Origin: Cyanophora paradoxa CCMP329
Taxonomy: Eukaryota; Plantae; Glaucophyta
Assembly: GCA_004431415.1 (NCBI GenBank)
Contig: QPMI01000303.1
Coordinates: forward strand, 1 to 54,621
Length of the DNA stretch: 54,621 nt
Direction: 5' to 3'
Both the position numbers and the translations under genes were made by a program. The notes beneath the pieces are model-generated. The model saw nothing but the letters and a program-made list of their open reading frames with translations. It was not told where the DNA came from and did no database searches. Positions 45,609-54,621 of the stretch are shown piece by piece (the stretch's first letter is position 1; each line of letters starts with the position of its first letter).

Positions 45609-48600
45609 TTAGGCCAGGACGACCTGGGTGTTGGGACTCGCGGCCGCCACTACGGCCTTGAGCATCTCCGCCTTGTTCGTCGGCGGCGACGCCGCAGCCG
45701 GCGCCAGGTGCTCGTACCCGAACGGCTGGAACTTGTAACCGTCGCCGCTGTAGAACTTGTTCTGGAACTCTGCGGCACGAAGAAACGCGGCGAGTGTGAG
45801 AAAAGAAATCACGGCAAGAAAAGGCAGGGGAAGGGAAAGAGGGAAGGGGGTACGCCGCGCACCGACCCAGTGGAGGCGGAGTGCGTGGAGGAACGCGGAG
45901 AGGGTCTCCATCACGAGGAGCACCGCAACCTGGCGCCGGCGTACCCCCACCCCCTCAGCGACAGACGCGGACGAGGGGCGTGTACCCCCGGCGGGCGGAC
46001 CGTTGCAGCGGCCCAGACGGCGAAGGCGACGAAGACGGCGACGGGGCCGAAGATGCCCGAGGAGAACTTCTTGACCGCGTAGAAGAGGACGCGCTCCAGG
46101 AACACGTGCGAGAGCTCTGCCGCGCGCGTGAGGGGGGGGTACGGCTCTCAAATTGGGTACGAGGTGGGGCCCGCACCGGCGTGGGCGAGGGAGAGGGCCC
46201 AGAGGCGGAGGTAGGAGGCGGTGTTGGATACCCCCCCGAGGATGAACTCCACGGCGTGGATCAGCTGGTGCACGAGCCCGTCGTCGTGCTCCTGGGAGGG
46301 GTACGTCATTTCCAAGCCCGCGCGCGTCCCGGCAGGGGTACGCGGCAGCGGCGCACGTCGTGGGCCGAGTCGGGGTCGTGGCCCATCGCCTCGCCCGAGA
46401 AGCCCTCGTCCAGCCGCCGCTGGCTCTGCGCCGCCCCGGGATCGGGGAGGGACGGGGGAGGGGCGGGGCGGGGGTACGCGCGCACGTCGTCGCCGAGCTC
46501 GCTGCCGGCGTCGCTGGTGGCGTCGCTGGCGTGCGTGGGCGACGGGTCGCCCTCCGCGATCGGCTTGAGGAGCACGGCGGGGGGCGTCCCCGGCAGGTGC
46601 GGCCGCCCGGCGCCCCCGGCGGGGCCGGCGCGGCCGTGCGGGGGTTGCGGCCCGCCCTCGGCGCCGGAGCCGCCATCCGGGGAGAGGTAGCTCTCCTCGC
46701 TCGTCGTCGAGCGGGGCCCGAGGGGCCCCTGTGCGCCCGCCGCCCCGCCGCCGCCGCGAGGGCGCCCCCGGCAGGCGCCGCACCCCGCAGCAGCGCCCGC
46801 ACGCCTGCCGCCCCCGCCGCCGCCCCCGCTCAGCCACAAAGTGGGGGAGGGCGCGGGGCGGGCGCGGGCCCGCTGGCTCGCCTGGAAGAGCTTGGCGAGG
46901 TTGGCGCCGACGGGCTTCGGGGTGAGCATGTAGAGGACGGAGAGGAGGGCGACCGCCAGCAGCGCCCGCTGGACCTCCTGCTGGTGCGCGTAGAACGGCT
47001 CCTTCACCTGCCCCCGCCCCCGCCGTCAGGCGGGCGAAGGGCGGCGCTGGCTCAAGCTGGATGGCGGGGCGGGCCTTGAAGGGCGGGAGGAACATCTCGA
47101 TCATGACGCGGATGAGGTCCGGGGCGCGCCGCCCCTGGGCCACCCACGGCGTGCACCACTTGAAGATGATCAGGAAGACGAGGTACCTGCCCGCCCGCCC
47201 GCCGGCCGGCCGGCCGCTCAGAAGGCGCGAGGGAGGGGGCCGCGGGGGCGGCGGGCGGACCCGAAGATGGAGAGCATGTAGAGGATCTGGGGCAGGAAGT
47301 CCGTGAGGATGCGCCCCGCCTGCGCGCCCCGCGCCCCCGCGTCAGCCCCCGCCCCCGGACGAGTGCGCGGCGGGCGGGGCGGCGGCCGGCTCGCCTGGCC
47401 CGAGGCGGCGTAGTTGACGGCGGAGAGGGAGACGCCGGTGCACATGTGGACGACCCCCAGCACGATCGACATCTGCGGGGCGCACGCGACGGCGCTGAGC
47501 GCGGCGGGCCGGGGAGCCGGGGCGCGGGGGCGGGCGGGCCTTCATCTTCATGGAGTTGTAGAAGGGCAGCTCCTCGTTGGAGCCCTTCCACACGGGGTCC
47601 ACCCCCACCGGGTACCTGAGCGCCGGCGCGCCCGCGCCTGTCAGGGCCGGCGGCCGCAGGCGGCCGGCGGGGACGGGCGGCCGGGCGGGGCGCACGTCCT
47701 GCAGCTGGCCCCGCAGCTCGCGACCTTCTTCGCCCCCTCCTGCGCGCCCGGGACCGCGCTTCAGGGCCCGGGCGGGCGCCCCGATGGGCAGGAGGGCCCG
47801 GGAGGGGAGGGGAGGGGAGGGGAGGGCGCGCACGCTCGCCCATCTGTAGCGGGACCCGAAGAGGTCGAACGCCAGCGCGAAGACTGCCCCCCGGGGGACG
47901 CGCGCCGGCGTCAGAGGGCGAGGCTGGGGGCGGGCGGAGGGCGGGCGGGCGGGCGGGGGGCGAGGCGAGGGGCCGCACAGTCGTTGTACATGAAGCCCTG
48001 CGCAGGCGGCGGGGCGGGCGGGGGGCGAGCGGGCTCCGGGTCAGCGGCGGAGGCCTCTCCGGGCGGGCGGCGGGCGCGGCGGGGGGCGGGGCGCACGGCA
48101 TAGATGGAGAAGAGGGCCATGAGGAGGAGCACGTAGCGGCCCGCGAACGCCATCTCCACCATCTGCGGCGAGCGGCGCCGCTCAGGCAAGGCCGGCGGCG
48201 GCGGGGCCGTCCGGACGGGAGGGGGCGGGCCTCGTTGAGGGCTTGGCGGCGAGGGCGCGCTCCTGCGGGCGGGCGGCGGGGCCTCAGCCTTGGCGCCGGG
48301 GCGGGGGCGGGGCGGGGGCGGGGCGGGGCGGGGGCGGGGGCGGGCCCGGAGGACGAGGAAGAGGGCGAAGGCGAGCATGAGGAGGCCGTGGCCGACGTCC
48401 CCGAACATCACCCCGAACAGGAACGGGAACGTCACGCACGTCAGCACCGCTGCCCCCCGCGCGCGCGGCCGAGGCCCCAGGCGTCAGCCGTCGGGCCCCC
48501 CCTCCCAGGGGGCGGGGGTACCGGGGTTGATCTCGCGGTAACGGGCGACGCCGTACGCGTCGACGATCTCCTGGAAGGCCCGCGTGAACTTGTTCGCCTT

Positions 48601-50644
48601 GAAGAGCGTCGGCGGGTGGTCCGCCGCGCCCCGAGGCTTGATCGCGTTCAGCACGGACGGCACGGAGACCCCCGAGCGCCGCTGCCCGATCAGCAGCGCC
48701 ACCTGCGCAGGGGCGCCGCGGCGTCGGCGGGGGCGGGGGCGGGAAGAAGGGAGCGTGAGGGGGTACCCGGACGTCGTCGATGCGGTCGACGGGGCACCAG
48801 GCCTCGCCGACCATGACGCGCTTGCGGCTCGCCCCGTCCTTCTCCCGGGCGCTCCTCTCCTTGGAGGCCATCTCGAGGGCGGCCGGCTGCGGGGCCGGGG
48901 CCGGGGCGGCCCCCGAGCCGGGGGTGCACGAGGGGGCGGAGAGGAGGTCGGCCCCCGACGCGAAGTGGTTCAGCGCGTGCGCGATCGCCGCCTCCTGCGC
49001 GCCCCGCCGTGAGCCGGCGCGGCTTGGAGGCCGCCCCCTCCGGCCCCCTTGGGAGGGGCGCGGCGCACGCGGAGGACGCGCTTCTGCCAGCCGGCGAGCT
49101 GCGCGGCGAGGTCCTCCAGCAGCGACTTCCGCTGCACGTCCGTCTGCTCGATCACCTGCCCCCCGCCCCCTCAGGCCCGGGGCCGGGAGCGGGGGCGGGG
49201 AGGGGCACGGGGAGGGGCGCACGGAGCGGACGTCGGCGACGCGGCGCTCGACGTCGTCGAGCATCAGCTCCCGCTCCGCCCGGTCCTCCGGGTAGTGGTA
49301 CCTGCGGGGAGGGCGGGGGCGGCTCAGATGAGGGGGGGGGGGGGGCGGGGGGCGGGGCCGCACTGGTGGACGCCCATGGCGTCGCAGATCTTGGTGAGCT
49401 TGTTGCGCGCCGTCTCGCCCTGGAAGAACACGATGAAGACCGCCTTCGAGACCGGCTCGTTCTGCGCCGGCAGCTCGACCGGCCCGGCGCGGGGAGGAAT
49501 GGCGGGGCGCCGGCACCGTGATGGGGTCGGAGATCGGCTCAGCGACGTCGCTGCGGCGCGGCGGGTCGATCGGGGGCGGGGCGGGGGCGGAGGGGCCGGC
49601 GGGCGGGCCGGCGGGCGCACCGCGAGCGGAGGTACATGATGCCGCGAAGGGCGCGGAAGCAGAGGCGCTCCAGCCCGCCCATCTTGTCCCGGTTCACCAC
49701 CCCCGAGATGTACCTGCCGCCCCGCCGGCCCGTCGGCGGCGGCGGCGGCGGCGCCGCCGCCGCTCGCGGGGCGCGTCGCGCACCCGAGGCGTGCGCGGCC
49801 GACCTCGCCCCTCCCGATGTAGCTCGCCGTGACCGAGCGCACGATGCTCGACTCCGTGTTCTAAGGCGGCCCGCGCTCGCCTCGCCGCCGCGCGGGCGGG
49901 CGGCGCGGACGGGGCGGGGCGGCGCCGGCGGACCTCGAAGATGTCCTGCGCCTTCTTGAGGACGTGGCTCAGCTCGATGAGCTCGTTGTAGTTCTGCTTC
50001 AGGAGCGTGTAGTTGCCGTTCATGCGCCGCACGTCCGCCTCGAGGTCGTGCAGGACGCCCTGCCGCGGGGCGTCGGGCGGGGCCGGCGGGGCGACCGGCG
50101 GCGGGGGGCCGGGAGGGCGGGGCGGACCCGGAGCGCCTGCACGGAGACGTCGTTGGCGGGGAGGTCGCGGCCCGACTTCTTCGGGAGGCCGGCCTTGGCG
50201 ATCTCCTCCTCGAAGAAGCGCAGCGTGCGCTCCATGTCGTCGCAGAGCTTGATCGTGTCCGCGAAGCCGCGCTGGAAGGGAGAGCGCCCGTAATTCATCT
50301 GCTCGCGCGGTTCAGGAGCGCCCCAGGCGCGGGCGGCTGGTCAAGGAGGCTGGCCGCCGTTTGGGCGGCTAGGAGGGCAACGCACGTCGCGGAGATGGAG
50401 GCAGCCAACCTGCGGTGGAGAGCGCGGTCAGCATACGACGAAAGCACTCAAGGGACTATGCACTACGCGTGCACTGTAACTGCACTACGCTGTGCAATGT
50501 CAAAGTGAGCGGACGAACTTTTCCAAGTTCGTCCATAGTGCAGTGTGCAGCTTCGAGCGGGATGAAGATCTGCACCAGCTGCATGCTCTCGGACCGCCAG
50601 AAGCTCGACTCGGGCGCGGGACCCGCGCTGGTCGGTACGGCCAT
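45609..50644 (-). CDS. VHA-a: V-type H+-ATPase V0 subunit a
   Basis: [15 protein letters not shown]; [31 protein letters not shown]; [16 protein letters not shown]; YPVGVDPVW; [17 protein letters not shown] (essential Arg); [27 protein letters not shown]. Confidence 0.97.
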
Positions 50645-51410
50645 CGCTGCGGCTGGCGGCTGCCACTCGCAGCCGAAGTTAAACCGCGATCCTCGGTCGA
50701 ACTGAGCCGCCGTTCGGCGTTCTCCGGGCGACACGGACCGCTGTCACCAAATAACGGGCGGCTGCGTAGCTGGCGAGCAGTAACCGGTTCCGCTGATGCG
50801 GTAGGACCTGAAACACCCGCAACGCCGCGAGAACACCGGTCGAAGGCGCCCGCTGATGGGCAAACGATAAAACTGTACCCCGTACCCCGCTCGAGAATTT
50901 GATCGGCTCTCGAGCTCCACTTCACGTTCGAATTCATGATCAGGACCGGCCGCGGCGGCGTCAGTCGGCGTCGTCGTAAAACTAAACAGGCGCAGCTCTA
51001 TCTCAGGGTAGATGCGAGAAGTCGATCCGTGATGTCCGACGGTCGGCGTCGACATCGACGTCGCCGAGTCGCGCATGCGCATCGCGATCGAGCGAGATCT
51101 AGACATCCGCGGCCGCGCGTGGATATCCCGCGGCCGGCCGTGCGCCGCGCGTGGATATCGATATCGATGTCGACGCACGTGCACGTGCGCATGCATGCGT
51201 ACACGTGGCGCCGGCCTTCGAATTCGACTCGCGCGGCCCGGCCGCCGGGCGATCATGCCTCAGGGCTTTCTGCAGCTGCCCCGACCCCTCGATCCATCCT
51301 GATCATGATCAATATCCAACATTGGGGAATCTTCACCGAGTCAAAAAGAGCGGGTAATTATAATCAACATTCGGCCGGGTTTGAAAGAAAAAGGCAAGTT
51401 TACGGCATGG

Positions 51411-52895
51411 CTATACGGCTAAGGAGGCGGAGGGCTGGAGGGATATGTCTTGGCGGCACAGCGGGCACGTGCACTTGATCGTGAGCCAGTTGTCGATGCA
51501 CTTGCGGTGGAAGTAGTGGCGGCAGGGGAGCTGCCGCAGCTCGACCCCCGGCTCGTAGGCCTCCAGGCACATGACGCAGCTGGCGTCCTCTTCGGAGACG
51601 AGGTCCGGCGTGAAGGGCATCTTGGGGAGGGAGTCGAGCTGGGGCCTGCGCGCGAGGCGTGTCAGAGGGGCCGGCGGGAGGATGCAGGGAGGGACAGGCA
51701 CCGGGTAGCCGGCTGGCGCTCGGGGGTACGAGGGGCGACGCGGGCAGCGAGAAGCAGTATCGGCAGCAAGCAAGGAAGGCAGAGGCACATGGCACAGGGG
51801 ATTGCCAGCAGCAGGCCCACCAGAGCACCGGTCTGCAACGAACGTCAGGAGAGAAAGGGGGGGGGGGGGGTGGCGGGGGTGGCGGGGGGGAGATGGCGGG
51901 GGGGGGGGGGGGGAGGGGGGGAGGAGGGGTTGGCGAGACTCTGAGAGGGGCGGGGGGGGGGAGGGGGGCGGGGGGGGGGGGGGAGGGGGGCGCGGGGGGC
52001 GGGGGGGGGAGGCGGACCAGGGAAATCAAGACGACGCATAGGGTCCAGAGCATGTAAGCGCTCTCCTTGCAGCCCTCGCATCGACTGACGAGGACAATGC
52101 CGTAGATCCACCTGAGGCGGTCAGGAGGCGAGGGTCAGGAGGTTGAGGCTGATGATGCTAATGATGACAGAAAGATAGGCACCATGCGAGGCGAAAAGAC
52201 AGCAAGGTTCTCGAACGCTTTCTTGCAGGAGCAGCCTGCGATTCTGAGGGCCCGCCCGCGTTGAATCCTGCTGCTGATCGCTCGCCCGAAGCAGGGGCCG
52301 CTGCTGCAGGCGCGCTGGCGCTGCAGGGGTCGAGCTCGAGCTCGCGCTTGCAGGCGGCTGCGTCGAGGGAACGCTTTCCGAGGACTGAGAATAGCAAAGG
52401 AAAGCCTCGTACGCAGATCTGCGACGCGCGGTCAGTCGGCTGGCGGTCGCGCAGCGGGGCGCCGTCGGATCCGCGCCGGGACGATGCACCATACGATCAG
52501 CAAGTTTCAAGGGCTGGCTCGTTTCCACGTCCAGCTCAACTTGAGAATCACAATCGAGAGATAATTTCAGCAAGCTGGAACAGAATGAAGACCTGTTGTG
52601 CGTTCGCGCTGTCAGGTGACCAGCGCGCGAGCTCGAGGGACGGGAGCGGCTAACCAGACGACAGGGGTCCAGCTGCCCCTGTAACGAGTCAGAGTTATCA
52701 TCGGTCTATCGGATTGCGCGGGAAGGCCGAGACTCCGCACCGGATCTCCTCATTGATATTCGAGCGTACCTCTCGAGCCGAAGCAGTCCTGACGAGCGAG
52801 GCTCCTGTGAGCGCGCCCGAGCGAGTTGTTGCGCTTGTTCGCCTCGCACGATCGTCCGTCGCGCTGATGTATGTCAAGCTCGCGTTCGCCGACAT
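51411..52895 (-). CDS. Membrane-anchored RING-H2 E3 ubiquitin ligase (5' exons frameshifted or uncertain)
   Basis: TM exons [31 protein letters not shown] and [17 protein letters not shown]; RING-H2 CVMCLEAY...[25 protein letters not shown]. Confidence 0.85.
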
Positions 52896-53149
52896 TGTAA
52901 AGCGGCCCGGCGGCCGAACCGTGGGCCGGCTGCACTGGCGTCTGATGGAAAGCGAGCTTCTCAGGAGCTCTTCTAGCGCCCAGGATCTGGGCTCTTCCAA
53001 TAGCCGATCGCAAACCAACCCTGGCCCGGAGTCGAACCGCACGCTAGCACTGTCGCCTGGCCATGGGCCTCTAGATCTATCGCGAGCTCCCGGAGTCCGC
53101 GCGCGATATATACGAGCTTGCTATCGCTGGGCGGCTTCCAGCACCGAGG

Positions 53150-54565
53150 ATGCAGCCGCTGCGAGCGGCTGCATCCGCGCGCTGAGCGAGCGCCAGACCG
53201 GCAGCGAGGCCCGAGGCACGCATGGCGGCTGCAGCATGCGACGGAGCGGCGCGTCCGCACGGGCCGGAGGCGTGCGCGGCGGCCGGCGCCGGCGGGTGGT
53301 TGCCATGCATATGGGCGCTGCGGGCGCCGGCGCGCGCGGCTCGCCGGGTGGGGCGGATGCGCGGCAGCACGGCAGCGCTGCGGGCGCTGGCGCGGCTTGC
53401 CGGCCGCGGGTGGGGCGGAGGCGCGGCTCGCCGGCGAAGCTGAGGCGCGGGGAGCTCGAGCGGCGGTGCGGCTCGCCGCGCGCCGGGCCGGTGCGGCTCG
53501 CGCGGGCCGGGTAAGTTGAACCGAGGATTCAGCCGGCGCGCGGCCGCGCCGCTGCCGCTCCGGGATCCGGCGCGGCGCCAGACGGGCAGACGCTGCAGCT
53601 GAGCTAGCGCTGGGCGCGAGACCGGCAGCGAGGCCGGCCCGAGGCACGCACGGTGGCCAGCTGCAGCGCTAGCATGCGACGGCCGCGGAGCGGCGCCGGC
53701 GCGACCGCGCGGCCGCGGGCCGGAGCTCGAGGCGCGCGCGGCGCAGCTCGCCGGCCCGCGGATGGGGCGGATGCGCAGCGGCACGGCTCGCCGGGCGAGG
53801 CGCGGCGATTGCAAGCGGCGGTGCGGCTCGCCGGCGGGGCCGGCCGGCCGATCGCGAGGCGCCCGGCGCGGCGGGCGGCGTGCGGCGTGCGGCGGAGCCT
53901 CCGGATCGCTCGGCGGAGCTCGAGGCGCTGCGGGCGGCAGCGCTAGCCCGGCGCGGCTCGCCGGCGCGGTAGCTATAGGGCGCGCGGAGGCGCCGCGCTG
54001 CGGGCGGCAGCCCGGGCGCCGCGCGAGGCGCGGTGGCGGCGGTGCGGCTCGCCGGGTGGAGCGGATCCGGAGGCTTGGCGGGCGCGCGGGGCGGTGGCCC
54101 GTCCGCGGGCGCGGCGGTGCGGCTTGCCGGCTGGGGCGGAGGCGCTGCGGGCGGTGGCGCGGCGCGGCTCGCCGGGCGGGGCGCGCGGAGGCGCGGGGGG
54201 CGGCGGTGCGGCTCGCCGGTGGAGCGGATCCGGAGGCGTGGCGGGTGCGCGGTGGCCATGGCGCGGCTCGCCGGGCGCGCGGGGCGGTGGCCCGGCGCGG
54301 CGCGGCGGTGCGGCTTGCCGGCTGGGGCGGAGGCGCTGCAGGCGGTGGCCCGGCGCGGCTCGCCGGGCGGGCGGAGGCTCGGAGGCGCGGGGGGCGGGGC
54401 GGTGCGGCTCGCCGGCTCGCGGTGGCCATATGCATATATATGCATGGCGCGGCTCGCGGGCGCGCGGGCGGAGGCGGGGGGGCGGGTGCGGCTCAGCGGC
54501 TCATGATCACGGGCGCGCGCCCGGCGGGGCGGAGGCACAGCGGGCGGGGGGCGGTGCGCAGGGCT
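53150..54565. repeat. GC-rich degenerate satellite built on GCGGCTCGCCGG
   Basis: At least ten near-copies of the core motif, plus higher-order duplications (~53186-53255 vs ~53614-53700; ~54035-54190 vs ~54200-54380). Confidence 0.8.
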
Positions 54566-54621
54566 TAAGTTTTCAAGTTTTGTTTCATTGTATCATGATC
54601 GATATATCATATATAGCGTTA

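Noticed and set aside
1-54621. Hundreds of long overlapping Arg/Pro/Gly/Ala-rich ORFs in the ORF track
   Set aside because: They are expected from extreme GC content and read-through of introns. Real proteins emerge only after splicing.

Overview
Very GC-rich nuclear DNA from a microbial eukaryote. The organism cannot be identified from sequence alone; a glaucophyte-like alga such as Cyanophora would fit. Genes are densely packed and split by many 45-90 nt introns, so most long six-frame ORFs are GC artefacts. Splicing by hand recovers LETM1, an IPT/TIG plus Kelch protein, STI1/HOP, a MYND-finger protein, a bZIP factor, an F-box/WD40 protein, a peroxisomal enoyl-CoA isomerase, UBC2/RAD6, V-ATPase subunit a, a membrane RING-H2 ligase, a broken PKD2-like/RyR-domain gene, several orphans, and two divergent tRNA genes (Gly-CCC, Leu-TAA). 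Three observations stand out. (1) Both unrelated tRNA genes carry the identical 16-mer ATTCGAACCAGGCCGG exactly 25 nt upstream; it contains an inverted B-box facing a head-to-head protein gene. (2) tRNA-Leu has no oligo-T terminator and runs straight into a ~190-nt rod-like hairpin. (3) The splicing code is unusual: about 30% GC donors, a G(T/C)(G/C)CGC consensus, usually no polypyrimidine tract, and frequent C-rich/G-rich self-complementary intron halves. All gene models and folds are manual and boundaries are approximate. Some homopolymer indels look like assembly errors.
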